Shown here: positions 12,445 to 26,378 of the stretch, one piece after another
Layout: every line of letters starts with the position of its first letter
How positions within the stretch are numbered: the first letter of the stretch is position 1
Assembly (NCBI GenBank): GCA_951406725.2
Contig: OX597815.1
Coordinates: 165,912,001 to 165,976,000 of the forward strand
Direction of reading: 5' to 3'
Length of the DNA stretch: 64,000 nucleotides
Source: Octopus vulgaris
Taxonomy: Eukaryota
Position numbers and translations under genes: made by a program
The notes under the pieces: model-generated
Seen by the model: only the letters and a program-made list of their open reading frames with translations
Database searches by the model: none
What the model was told of the DNA's origin: nothing

Positions 12445-12659
12445 TTAATGAATGTTGGCAGTTCTGCAGGTTTTCTGAAAGAAGTAGATAAGTCCTGGCA
12501 GAACTAGAACTGTAGATGGCAGTAGTGATTATATAGTTTTAGGTTCAAATGTAGAGGTAGAACTTTAGAGGACTGCTATTTATATTGATGACAATCATTC
12601 TAATTTCTTTTTGCAAGTTAGATGTAAACAATGAAATGTAGATAGATACAGAGAATTTT

Positions 12660-12960
12660 TGTTTTTGTTTTTGTTTTGTTCCTTCTTAAGCCATGCCTGG
12701 CTCATAAGGGCCGGTTTCCCGGTTTCTTGGCGTATAGGTTCCCCACCTGGACGGGACGCCAGTCCATCACAGGTGAGCTGCAAGATGCAAGAGGAAAGAG
12801 TGAGAGAAAGTTATGACGAAAGAGTCAGCAGAAGTTTGCCATTACCTTCTGCTGGAGCCGCGTGGAGCTTAGGTGTTTTCGTTCATAAACACACACATCA
12901 CCCAGTCTGAGATTTGAACCTGCGATCCCTCGACCGCAAGTCTGCTGTTCTAACCACTAG
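12660..12960 (-). mobile_element. tRNA SINE family D2 (V-SINE-like domain)
   Basis: Reverse complement of 42815-43120; contains CCTGTGATGGACTGGCGTCCCGTCCAGG. Confidence 0.75.
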
Positions 12961-14585
12961 AATTTATAACAGTTAGAGAGAAATAAGTTGGATATAGTCT
13001 GTTAGATGTGGCAGGTTGAGTGTTAATGGGTTGAAATCCTGAATGCAACTTGTCATTAGTTATTGGCAGATGCATACAGGACAAATTGGTCAAAGAAAAT
13101 TTGCAATAAAGTATTTAATCTTTTTGTTAACATATTTTTTGTTGAAATATACTGCCGTTGTTTCAATTAGTTTTGAAAATAATGAAGAAGTCAATAAAAC
13201 GCTTTTGGAATGAATTAACTTGAAATTTTACTAGAAGCTTTTAATTTAGATCACTTCAAGGAAGTTTGTATTACAAAAGTGTGTATCAAGGAACCAGGGG
13301 TAGTCTCAGGCAGATTAGTATCAAAAGGGCTGAATTCGACTTTGACAAGATCAGATAAGGCCATCTAAGCACCTTGTACACAAAGGAAATTAAACTGAAC
13401 ACAAAGCGTAGTATAATGATTCTTAAGTCCATGGCAATAAATAGTATAACAAGAATGCTATGATACTGCAATGGTCTCATTTACTGGTTCCAGCAAGTGG
13501 GCTTGTGGGATATAAATAATAGGCAAGCTTATAACAGCCTTGTGTCATTTTTATAAGTTTGTCTCAAGACTAGTCAATGGAATGATAGGAAAAGTAGAGT
13601 GCTTCACTTGATGTTTGCTTTACAGTATTTAGTTCTTTTCCTTAACATTCTGAAGCTTAAAACTCGGCAGGGATAATTTTGCCTGTCATTCTTTCTTGGT
13701 TGATAGAATAAGTGTGTACCTTTTTTTGTTGTTGTTGTTTAGCTCCCAGATCAGCTTTGACTGAACAAACACATGATCAAAGACATTCCCGCAGTGACCA
13801 TCTAACTTTTTATAGATACAGGACTATACTATCTTATGTAACCTTCCTATTTTACGTTGGAATGCTGTGCTTTAGCTATTTCATAACAGGAAAGGGTTGC
13901 ATAAATGTATTTACTAAATGGGAAAAAAAAATCTTTTTTCCTTAAGGGTAATTTTTACACTTATTTTAACTTTAAAAAAAGTACAAAAATTATAATAATT
14001 GTTAGTCTCACACACAATAAAATTTATAATTGCATTCGAAAAGTGCCGTAAAATGTTCATTTTTCTTTGATGATAGCTACATCCATGTAAAATTTTTGAA
14101 ACCTCAATTAACGATGTCTGCTATTCTATAATGAAACATCAATTGATGATGTGTGCTATTCTCTAATGAAACATAAATTGATGAGGTCTGCTGTTTATGA
14201 ATTAAGGAAGATTTAGTTACTGTTTCTTGCATGTTGAACTACCACAAGAGCCCTGTCCTTGACTGTAGTAGTGTACAGAGGTTGACTGAAATATCTAGTG
14301 CGTAAGATAAAGAAAACCCACAACAGTACTTCTCTGTAGATAGACATGAATATTGTCTCATTAAAAGAATTCGCTAAATGACTAGAGTTACTTGCAAGTT
14401 TTTCTTCAGCCATCATCTTTATCATTTATCCTTTCATATATCATCGTTGAAGTGTGTGATGGAAGTGGCATTGATAATCATGAGCTTGCAGAACAGTAAT
14501 ACTTAGTTGGCATCTGCCATCTAAATATATATTTCCATATCTCAAGTATTTTATGAATGTTTGTAGGTATTTAAAACATATCTTT

Positions 14586-15112
<527 letters not shown>

Positions 15113-15545
15113 AATTAATGTTTGTGCGTTAATATCCCTCATGTACTCAATGTCAGTCAGTGTATAATTCTGAACTAAAAAGGCTTTGTTATTCAAACTA
15201 ATAAATTAGTTTGATGTACATCATTAAAATAAGCATTCAAAAATTTTTTTTGATATTCTATAATTTGTGACTAGGCTTACAGTGTTCTGCAAATCTTTGT
15301 AATAAATGTAGTTCTCTTGGTAACATTTAAACATTTTTTTTTATCTTTAAATAATCAAAGATTTTAATCCCTAATTCTTGATGGAACCAGAATTAGTAGT
15401 TCCACTTCTTGAGTCTTTAATGGCTTTTGGTCTTATCAAACTGAATTGTTCTGTAGTGTAGAGTGGTGAGAATTCCACCATGAAGTATTGAGAAGTAATG
15501 TCACTTTGTGACATATAGGCAGCTAAGGTGCTTATATGTGTGTGC

Positions 15546-15599
<54 letters not shown>

Positions 15600-15632
15600 A
15601 TATACATACATACATACATACATATTTATACT

Positions 15633-15978
15633 TACATGGTTCCGGGTTCAGTCCCACTGCTTCGCACCTTGGGCAAGTGTCTTCTGCTATAGCCTTGGGC
15701 CGACCAAAGCCTTGTGAATGGATTTGGTAGACGGAAACTGAAAGAAGCCCGTATATATATATATATATGTATATGTTTGTGTGTTTGTGTTTGTTCCTCC
15801 AACATCGCTTGACAACTGATGCAGGTGTGTTTGCGTCCCCGTAACTTAGCGGCTCGGCAAAAGAGACCAATAGAATAAGCACTAGGCTTACAAAGAATAA
15901 GTCCTGGGGTCGATTTGCTCGACTAAAGGCGGTGCTCCAGCTTGGCCACAGTCAAATGACTGAAACAAGTAAAAGAGT
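15633..15978 (+). mobile_element. SINE A, 5'-truncated
   Basis: Family consensus match. Confidence 0.85.
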
Positions 15979-16309
15979 ATACATATGTACATATATAATT
16001 AAATCACTGAACTAAAGAAAAATAATGATAGGGAAGGTAAACAAATATGCTTAGTAAGCAAAGATGCTTAGAGACAATCAGAATGGTGTGTATATAGTGG
16101 GGGTGGGGGTGGCGAGGGGCCGTCTGTTGATCAATTACTAAGCTGTTATAAAGGACACTTGGCTAAAAGATGTCACCCTTAATAATTCATAGTTGTCAAT
16201 GGGACCACTGAAAGTGTTAATGTATATTGTTATGCAAATCAAAAATCCTGAGCTATATGCTGTGTTATGTAAAACATACTATATAAACATGCAAATGATG
16301 TCTTTCGTA

Positions 16310-16690
16310 TGGAAGCACTCCATCGGTTATGACGACGAGGGTTCCGGTTGATCCGATCAACGGAACAGCCTGCTCGTGAAATTAACGTGTAAGTGGCTGA
16401 GCACTCCACAGACACGTGTACCCTTAACGTAGTTCTCGGGGATATTCAGCGTGACGCAGAGAGTGACAAGGCCGGCCCTTTGAAATACAGGTACAACAGA
16501 AACAGGAAGTAAGAGTGAGAGAAAGTTGTGGTGAAAGAGTACAGCAGGGATCGCCACCATCCCTGCTGGAGCCTCGTGGAGCTTTAGGTGTTTTCGCTCA
16601 ATAAACACTCACAACGCCCGGTCTGGGAATCGAAACCGCGATCCTACGAGCGCGAGTCCGCTGCCCTAACCACTGGGCCATTGCGCCTCC
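16310..16690 (-). mobile_element. tRNA SINE family D, young copy
   Basis: Minus GGAGGCGCAATGGCCCAGTGGTTAGGGCAGCGGACTC..GTTTCGATTCCC; CpG-rich; second copy at 44533-44900. Confidence 0.85.
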
Positions 16691-16857
16691 GTCTTTCATA
16701 TATTACCACATTGCTAAACATTTTTATTTTTTGTGCCTCTTTTTTTCTAAAATATTTTTTCATTGGTCACTTGGTTTTATTGCATTACCGCTACTCATCT
16801 CCACATGATTCTGATGTGAATTTGTATTAACTTGTGTGTTTTATAATTGCTTAGATA

Positions 16858-17187
16858 CAGCAGTTGCTCTCAATTGTGGTTCATATAAGATTTGAGGTCT
16901 ATGCAACATTATAATGAGTTGGGGATCCAAAATTGTATTTTAAGAGCCCCTGTAAAAATTCTGCTTTAGATATATGTATTGGTATCTATTGCAGTAAACT
17001 GCTAAGTTTCTTTCTCTAACATTTTATTTAGTTCAACCTACACAAGTTAATGTGTGAAAAACAAAATAGGAATTTGGAAAAAAGTTTCTATAAAAATAGT
17101 TTTTAGACATTGAATAGTTATGGAGGTCCACCAGAATGAAATAGTAATCAAAGGGGTCCATAGATAAAAAATGGTCAAGAACCCTGA
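16858..17187. mobile_element. degenerate hAT-like MITE
   Basis: Right end GGTCAAGAACCCTG (also at ~45906-45920); left end degenerate; no clear 8-bp TSD. Confidence 0.4.
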
Positions 17188-17358
17188 TGCAGAGTAAAAA
17201 AAGGTCATATTAACATGGTTAAGAATCTGGCTTTGCAACCATATGATTTTAAGTTCAGTCCCACTGCACTACACCAAGGGTAAGTGTCTTCTACTATAGC
17301 TCTGGGTTGACCAATGGTTTGTGAGTTGGTTTAGTAGTTAGAAACTGAGTGGAAGCTC

Positions 17359-17781
17359 ATGTATGTATGTATGTATGTATGTATGTATGTATGTATGTAT
17401 GTATGTATGTATGTATGTATGTATGTATGTATGTATGTATGTATGTATGTATGTATGTATGTATGTATGTATGTATGTATGTATGTATGTATGTATGTAT
17501 GTATGTATGTATGTATGTATGTATGTATGTATGTATGTATGTATGTATGTATGTATGTATGTATGTATGTATGTATGTATGTATGTATGTATGTATGTAT
17601 GTATGTATGTATGTATGTATGTATGTATGTATGTATGTATGTATGTATGTATGTATGTATGTATGTATGTATGTATGTATGTATGTATGTATGTATGTAT
17701 GTATGTATGTATGTATGTATGTATGTATGTATGTATGTATGTATGCATGCATGCATGCATGCATGCATGCATGCATGCATG
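17359..17781. repeat. (ATGT)96 plus (ATGC)9 microsatellite in the linker of a SINE A (17210-18047)
   Basis: Directly visible; SINE A halves on both sides. Confidence 0.95.
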
Positions 17782-18083
17782 AAATTAACATACAACTGAC
17801 TAGGAAAACTTTCTCATGCTACCTGAAGAAGGTATTTTTTTTTAATCTTGATATATTGGAATTATTAAAAATGAAATTTTATTCCATTTTATTCCTCACT
17901 CACCTTGTCAAAAGTGATTCAGCAAAAGAGACTGGAAGATTGCCAGCCTTAAAGCTATGTACTAGTGTTGATTTGTTCAACTAAACTGTTCCAGGTGGTG
18001 TTGTAGCATGGCCATGACTGAAATGATTAAAACAAGTAAAAGATAAAGATTACAAATTCAACATAATCTACTATTCCTACTAT

Positions 18084-18254
18084 GGGCGTAGGAGTAGCTG
18101 TGTGGTAAGTAGTTTGCTTACGAACCACATGGTTCGGGTTCAGTCCCACTGCGTGGCACCTTGGGCAAGTGTCTTCTAATATAGCCTCAGGCCGACCAAA
18201 GCCTTGTGAGTGGATTTGGTAGACAGAAACTAAAAGAAGCCCGTCGTATATATG

Positions 18255-18301
<47 letters not shown>

Positions 18302-18495
18302 GTATATACGTATGTATGTATGTATGTGTGTGTCTATGTTTGTGTGTTTTGACAACTGATGCTGCTGTGTTTACGTCCCCGTAACTTAGTGGTCGGCAAA
18401 AGAGACCAATAGAATAAGTCCTGGGGTCGATTTGGTCGACTAAAGGCAGTGCTCCAGCATGGCCACAGTCAAATGACTGAAACAAGTAAAAGAGT
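18084..18495 (+). mobile_element. SINE A
   Basis: Family consensus match. Confidence 0.9.
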
Positions 18496-18589
18496 ATTCA
18501 TTTACTACTTTCAGTCCTTTGTGATTTTGTCCTTTAGTGTTGCACTCTGCACATTAAGGTCACAACATCACTCATGGTTAAAGAGATAA

Positions 18590-18808
18590 TAATGGTTTCA
18601 AATATTGCTACAAGTCCAGCGTGTTCAGGGGAAGGGGCTAGTTGATTACATCAGCCCCAGTGCTCATTTCGTACTTATTTTATCAACCTCAAAAGGATGG
18701 AAGGCAAAGTCCACCCTTGGCAGAATTTGAACTCAGAACGTAAAGGCAATCAAAATGCTGCTGAGCATTTTGTCCAGTGTGCTAACAATTCTGCCAGCTC
18801 ACTGCCTT
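18590..18808 (-). mobile_element. SINE family C (central domain resembling the Meta-SINE core)
   Basis: Reverse complement of the GACTTTGCCTTTCATCCTTT..GATAAAATAAGTAC motif and C head; further copy at 20030-20200. Confidence 0.7.
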
Positions 18809-18814
18809 GGTTAA

Positions 18815-19035
18815 CCCTTTTGATACCAACCTGGCTGAAACTGGCTCTGGCTCTGTAGTACAAATGTCTTGTTTTCATAAGTTCTGAATTAAAATCTTCC
18901 ACCAAACCTTAGTCATAATTTACGTTCTTAACACTAGCTTAATGATAACTAAGTTTTTTTACTAAATTCTTTGTTATATTTAAAGTAATTAAAAGAAACA
19001 CAGAACATCTCAAAATGAATACAGTAATGAAAGGG
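18815..19035 (+). mobile_element. piggyBac-like MITE G
   Basis: TTAA TSD, CCCTTT termini. Confidence 0.85.
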
Positions 19036-22000
19036 TTAAAGAGATAATAATAATAATATTTTGTTATAAAGTACATTTACTTCAGATTTGAATTGTAAAT
19101 AAAATATTGTTTCTTCTAAATTTCGAATTCTTGCTCTGATTATCAATTTACTGCATTCATTATTATAAACATCCACAATACTATTAATTATTTGTCTCTT
19201 GAACTGGAGCATATAAAATGCCATCTTCTTCTGTTCATAGTTTGTTGTAATAAACATTAGCTAAAGTTCTGCCTTTGCTATGGTTTTATTGATGATTATT
19301 GTAGAGCTTTATGATTCTTCTAAATTATCTGTCAGACATTCATTCTGTAATATTCTCTCAGTGAATATCAAATCTGTTCAGGTTGAAAAGAGGACTAGTT
19401 TCCTGCTATCCCATCATTAGTGCTGTATTGAGTCCACAGCTAAGGATGGCTTTAACTTAGAGGTGTAGTTTACAAGGCTAATTTGGCTGAAAAGCTACAA
19501 CAAAGATGTCAGCATACCGGCCTCCCCTCTCCACACCACCAGAGTTATCCAAGGGAAAGGCAAAGGCCGATACAGCTTGACACCTGTGAGTTCACAACTC
19601 ATTTCTACAGATGAATGAACTGGAGCAACATGAAATAAAATGTCTTGCTCAAGAACACAACATGCAGCCCGATCCGGGATTCAAGCTCACAACCTCACGA
19701 TCATAAGCTTGACGCTCTTACCACTGAGCCATGCACCTTCACTAAGTGCCATTATGGTAGTATAAAACCACATACTGCTATGGTTGCTAATGAACATTAG
19801 TTGTTACTCACAATTACATTTCTTGTCACTAGTTGGATCAGATTAGATTAGATTGACTATGTTCAGTCCACTGCAGGATGAAGTCATCTCCCCCAACCAC
19901 AGTCTGATGTGGAGGCTTTGACATTGAACTGGAGATCATACTGGTTTGATGAGTCTACTCTGCTACACTGGCTCAGCATCGCTTGGTAGAGGGATGCAGT
20001 TTTGTTTTCTTATACTTATACCCAGGAATAGTTAAGTCGATTACATGCACCCCAGTACTCCACTGGAACTTATTTTATTGACCCTGAAAGGATGAAAGGC
20101 AAAGTCGACCTCTGTGTAAATTGAAATCAAAATATAAGGACGAATAAATTACCACTAAGCAATTTGCCGAACGTGCTAACAATTCTGCTAGCTCGCACCT
20201 TTTGTCACTACTAAAGATTTAAGAATCTGCTTTTAAGTTTTTGATTCTTCGAAAAAAATATTTGCTTTTTGTTTTTAGTCTTCAATATTTGTTTCTAGGT
20301 TTCAATATAGGTACACATAAGCCAACCAAAGCCTTGGGAGTAGATTTGGTAGACGGAAAGTGAAAGAAGCCCGTTGTATATATATATTTATGTGTGTCTG
20401 TGTTTGTTTCCCCAACATCACTTGACAACCAATGCTAGTGTGTTTAAGTCCCCATAGCTTAGCGGTTCAGCAAGAGACCGATAGAATAAGTACCAGGCTT
20501 ACAAAGAATAAGTTCTGGGGTCGATTCGCTTAAGTGGTGCTCCAGCATGGCTGCAGTCAAATGACTGAAGCAAATAAAAGAATAAGAGAATAAAAGAATA
20601 GTGTTTTATTTCAGTTCATACCCAAATATTTATATGGAGTTACTTGCCCATTTTCTTATTTCCTTCATCATGTAAATCACAGACCTTCTGTATTCATTAG
20701 TTCTTATATTTTCTTATCTATATGTGGTGCATTAAGCTCACAAAGTTATTGTCCATTTTCACATTTGTCCTATCAGAATAACATTTGGAGGTCGTCACTA
20801 AAATGTTTGACAATACTGAATAAACAGACTGTCACATTTTGGAATCATTTTCTGAAAATATTTGGAGTTCATTTCTAAAGACAAACTACAGAATAATTTT
20901 AATTTTCTAACTTTGGATTATTATCCAATTATTTCTTATAGTCAACTCTGGTAATGAATCTAGTATAAATTAGGGAGGGGTCTGAAAGACTATAGCACTC
21001 AATTATAGGTGTTATACTGATTAGTATAGAATGCTTTTGGTGTACAATCTACACTCCAACATCAAAATACATTTATTTTTAATTAAATAATAAATTCATT
21101 AATTATAATAGTTTCACAAAATAGGATTAAGATATTTTCCACAAAATCATGTTTTCTTTCAAAAAGCATAAATAAATTAAAAAGGCTTTAAAGTTGTGGA
21201 GTTGGGTAAAGATTGTAGAAGAAAAAAAAGGCTTTAAAGTTGTGGAGTTGGGTAAAGATTGTAGAAGAAAAAAATGTAAGTTTTCTGGATGGTCGTTTTC
21301 CTCTTTTTTTTCACTCCCTTGTCAAATATAATTCTGAAGCGTAACATCTACCGCCATTCTTCAATTCCCATAAAGGCTCAGCAGCAACAGACATTTTTCA
21401 TTAAAACCAAATGTGACATAACACACACACACACACACACATACATATGTGCACGTAAAGGAAAATGCTGATGATGGAAATTATGTTTATTTATCAGTCT
21501 GAACATTCTATTAAATAGGTGCTTATAGCACAGTCTGTTGGGTTAAATCAGTGTAGATGCCAATATAGGACACCTAAAAAATCACTTGAGTCTCTCTTGA
21601 ACTTTTTCACATTGTCTCAAATATTTGCCGTTAATAAGAGGTCATCTGAATGTGTCTCCTTCACTAACTACTTGTAAGGCAACACGTCATCTGCTTTGTT
21701 TCTCCTTCACCAACTACTTGTAGGTACATGACAGTGCAGTCACCTCCTTCCACCATATATAGCTGCACAACTCCAACCCTATGAAACCAGCTAGAAACTC
21801 CATTCTACACAAATAGACAAGAAATAGTACCAACCAAGTCTTCCACCTCCCTTCTTACTAGTAATACCAAATAACACCAAAATACAATCAGTCATCATAT
21901 TCAGTGGGTGAGACATTTTGGCACAGCTGTTTCGGCATTACCTATTTGACATCACTGATTCAATGCTGACTTATCTGACATCAAATGCTTTAGTGTCTCT

Positions 22001-22229
22001 CTCTCTCTCAGTGTGAGTATCTAGTCTGTATGTATACGGTCTTTCTCACCCCTCCCTCCTTCTCTATCTCTCTACTTGTATATGTACATGCATGTGTGTG
22101 TATGTATGCATACCTTCAGTGTCAAAAAGCACTGTCACCTAAACAGATTAAATATCCAGTCAGCCATTCCCAATGATCACATTCTAATATTCAACGATAT
22201 AAACTTACCTGAAATACTGAATATAGATG

Positions 22230-22583
22230 TGGATGTGGTTGGGTTTATTGAAATTTTGGACTTGAGGGTGTTGATGAAGCCTTATTCCACTTTTTGCTGG
22301 CCCCCATCATTGCCAGACTTCCTTTGAATGCCATTGCCCATGTCCATTCTCTTCTTGACATTATAAACTGCATGTAAGGATACTCTGACTATGCTTGAGA
22401 TCCTCTTTGGATTGACTTGTGTATGGACCAGATCATACACTCTTTGGGGTTTGTTCCAATATTCCTGCAAAAAAAAGAGTTTATTATTAGCTGAAAATGT
22501 ATTCTTTGGTCTGCATTAAATTTCATACCATTTGCTGTGAAATATCAGTGTAATTTTTAAAGCAATTTTGCTTCCCTACCCTG
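22230..22583 (-). mobile_element. Tc1/mariner-superfamily 5' fragment (TIR plus HTH region)
   Basis: Terminus TA|CAGGGTAGGGAAGC; peptide KPQRVYDLVHTQVNPKRISSIVRVSLHAVYNVKKRMDMGNGIQRKSG. Confidence 0.55.
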
Positions 22584-23457
22584 TATCTACAAAACCCACA
22601 GTGAATGAAAGCATTTAGCCTAGTGGTTAGGCTGTTCAGCTTATGAATGTAATATTGTGAGTTCAATTCCCAGATTGGTTGGTGCATTGTATCTTTGGCC
22701 AAGGCGGTTCATTTCATGATTGACTGAAAATATAGCAAACCAGCAGCCGAAAGTTATTTTCTCCAAAGCCTTGAATTACCTGGAGTACAAGACTTATCAG
22801 AAAACCTTTTTGTTAGCCTGGTGTATCTTTATCTATGGAGAGCCTAAGAAGTATTTTACCTGTATTATTAATCCCTTATTAATCCCTCTTCATTTTGATA
22901 TAGATATGATGGTGTGTGTTTGGCTTTTGTCACTTGACAATCAGTGTTGTTTATTATTGCAAATACAAGTCCCTTAACCCTTTGGGAGTCATTGGGGCAC
23001 TGCAGCATGTCTTGGGTGAGAAAGCCTGGTGGGGCCCATGCCTGTCCAGGCTAAATGCATTTCTACAGCTGAGTGGACTGGAGCAACGTGGAATGAAGTG
23101 CTTTGCTCAAGAACACGATGGATCACCCGGTCCAGGGATCGAAACCACAATCTTATGATCATGAGTCCAGCACCATAACCACTAAGCCACATGCTCCACA
23201 GTATTGTTTATTCTCCTGTAATTTAGCAAGTTTGGAAAACAAGATTCAGAGAATAAAATCTATTGGTGGTCAATTTAACTGACGGAACCTTTTGAAGTTG
23301 TGCTTCGTTATGGCTGTAGACCAATAGTTGGAATAAGTAAACGAGTAATTAAAATTGCACTTGTGATGAGAAAACAATCATTATCCGAATCATTAATTCA
23401 GATGAAAAAATGCAAGGGAAACAACTCCTGATATGTTAAATACAATTTTATGTAATA

Positions 23458-23860
23458 GGCATAGGTGTGGCTGTGTGGTAAGAAGGTTGCTTTCTAATCA
23501 CATGGTTCTAGGTTCAGTACCACTGCTTGGCACCTTGAGCAAGTGTTTTCTGCTCTAGCTCCAGGCCAACCAGATCCTAGTGAATGGATTTGATAGTAGG
23601 AAACTGAAAGAAGTCCATTGTATAAATGTGTGTGTGTGTGTGTGTGACTTTGTGTCTGTGTCCTACCATTGCTTGACAGCTGGTGTTGCTTTGTTTACAT
23701 CCCTATAATTTAGTGGTTCAACAAAAGAGACCGATAGAATAAACACCAACATTTAAAAATATAAGTCCTGGGTTTGATATATTTGGCTAAAACTCATCAA
23801 GGTGGTGCCCAGCATGGCCACAATCCGCTGACTGAAACAAACATAAGGTAAAGGATAAAG
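23458..23860 (+). mobile_element. diverged SINE A
   Basis: Family match. Confidence 0.75.
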
Positions 23861-23908
23861 ATTATATTTCTTTATTTTACTACATTAAACGTGCTAATGC
23901 ACACTTTA

Positions 23909-24295
23909 TCTCTATATATAAAGGTGAAGTTGTCTGTGTATGGCAGGTTTGGTAGCCTTCAACTAACACTATCTCCTCCGAGACCCTGTGGCACAAGTTG
24001 ACCAAAATTGAGAGTACGATAGAAGAAGGCTTGCTCTTCCTTCCATAGAAAAAAAAATTCAAATCGGACCATATTAAGACCAAAAATTATTTACATCAAA
24101 AAGGTGCTTTTTTTCTATGAAAATCCCTATTTTTTACGATTTTTTTACTGCTGTGTCGCCATTTTTTGGTGTATTTCAACCAGAAAAATGTTCACTTAAA
24201 GAGAATAACAAGCTACATAATGCAAAATTTTTACTTTTCAAAAATTCCAACAAAAATTCAAAACAAACCCGAGCAGCACCGGGCGATACTGCTAG
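23909..24295 (+). mobile_element. non-autonomous Helitron, complete
   Basis: A|TC 5' end, 3' hairpin CCCG-AGCAGCAC-CGGG, CTAG|T 3' end, no TSD. Confidence 0.85.
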
Positions 24296-25267
24296 TTAAA
24301 ATATACATTATGCTCATCTATATAAATACAGGTGAGGAGCAGAAGCACCTTCTGTTAGAAGTTTTGTGCTTGTTTGTTGTTAATACTAATCGCTACAAGT
24401 TATCATACGTTATCTCCCTTCTTCATCTACATTTTATAATGGGGCTTTTAACAGTTGAGAGAGAAAGCGGAAGGGACATGACAAAAAAAAAAAAACAGAA
24501 TAAACACAAAACAAAACCAAAAAACAAGACTGGGTACTAATTAAGCATTCCATGCTTGTTGACATATATCCTGAGTAAATATATAAGTTCATTGCCTTTT
24601 TTGAGAGAAAGAGGGACCTAGAGAGACAGGGTTAGTGATAATATGCATTGGTGCGTAGGTGTTATATATGTGTGCATGTTCATAGGGTCCAGTATGTATC
24701 TGTTTAAGGGTGATTTTATGTTTTTTGTTCTCATTTTCTCTTCATGCACACACACACACACACACACACACGTACATTCAAAAGACCATTACAGATCATA
24801 AGGCAAGGAAGATACCTCTTAGCAATCCAGTTGTTTGACTTCCTAGAAATAACAGTTAAATATCCTCGAAATTACATTTTGAAAAAAAGAAGAGAAGGGA
24901 AATTTGCTTATGATGTTGTCTTAGATGTACTACAGCTGAATGAAAGACTGGATGGTCATGGTTGAAATGCCCTTGGTCAATATGTTCATAGTTTTGACAT
25001 TTGGAAGAATTTTGCCCTGGGTTGAAGCTGTCTAGTTTCTCTATCAAGCCTGAGAGAGGTGTATATTACACAAACCATGCCGAATGCAATAATTTTCAAT
25101 GAATTTCTTTGTCTTCAAATATATTTCCCCCCTCCCACTCTCTCTCTTTCTCTTTTAGAGATGACTAGACATTGGGAATGGTATAAAGTAGAATGTAGTG
25201 AATGGTGGAAGGATAATCATTAATACATACAAGTTTGGTGAGAAGATTAGGGTAAAAGGTACTGATT

Positions 25268-25500
25268 GGCGGTGAGCTGGTAGAAATGTTAGCATGCCGG
25301 GCGAAATGCTTAGTGGTATTTCGTCTGCGGTTACGTTCTGAGTTCAAATTCCGCTGAGGTCGACTTTGCCTTTCATCTTTTCGGGGTCGATTAAATAAGT
25401 ACCAGTTACACACTGGTGTCGATATAATTGACTTAATCCGTTTGTCTGTCCTTGTTTGTCCTCTCTGTGTTTAGCTCCTTGTGGGTAGTAAAGCAATAGG
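25268..25500 (+). mobile_element. SINE C, full length
   Basis: Flanked by near-identical GGTAAAA(G/C)GTACTGATTGGC duplication. Confidence 0.85.
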
Positions 25501-25945
25501 TAAAACGTACTGATTGGCAATACAGGGGGATGAAGGATGTTCTGGATAGAGCTTTATGGATGTATACTGATCACTTCTAAGTGTTGCCAACTATGCTGAA
25601 TATTCTTCACTAAAGAGGCACAATAATATTGAAACAAGTCCACTGCTACTCACAGCCATATGGTTCCAAATACAAAATCTACTCTTATATTCATTGCTTT
25701 ATTTTCCTAGAATTTTTGTGAGCTGATATTATTTAAACTCTTGGTGCACCCTCTGGTGTTAAATTATTATAAGGGAGACAATCTCTTATGGATTTACTTG
25801 AGATAGATTTGAAACTTTAGAATTTATATTAAAGAGTAAAGAAAGTGTACAGAGAATACACATTTAATTTCTTTTTCTACACATTATAAGATTCTTAAAG
25901 TCATTTGTCATTGGTAGGCATATACAGTACTACATCTTTTTTTTT

Positions 25946-26132
25946 TCTTTTACTTGTTTCAGTCATTTGACTGTGGCCATGCTGGAGCACTGCCTTTAGT
26001 CGAGCAAATCGACCCCAGGACTTATTCTTTGTAAGCCTAGTACTTATTCTATTGGTCTCTTTTGCCGAACCACTAAGTTACGGAGACATAAACACACCAG
26101 CATCAGTTGTCAAGTGATGTTGGGGGGGACAA

Positions 26133-26223
<91 letters not shown>

Positions 26224-26378
26224 TACGACAGTTTCTGCTTACCAAATCTTCTCACAAGGCTTTGGTCGAGCTGAGGCTATAGTAGAAGACACTTGCCCAA
26301 GGTGACACGCAGTGGGACTGAATCTGAAACCATGTGGTTGGTAAGCAAGCTACTTACCACACAGCTAATCCTGCGCCT
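25946..26378 (-). mobile_element. SINE A
   Basis: Reverse-complement consensus match. Confidence 0.9.

Noticed and set aside
14106-14195. 35-bp tandem with TTGATGA..GAAAC
   Set aside because: No helix II and the core is mismatched; ordinary minisatellite
16615-16690. tRNA gene
   Set aside because: tRNA-like head continuous with a SINE body; not an independent tRNA
19036-19400. Host exon in the 73-aa minus ORF
   Set aside because: No splice evidence; IIRARIRNLEE more resembles a decayed L1/Tx1 ORF2 but is too weak to call
21178-21274. ~49-bp direct duplication (also ~100 bp at 36060-36260)
   Set aside because: Simple local slippage duplications with no further structure
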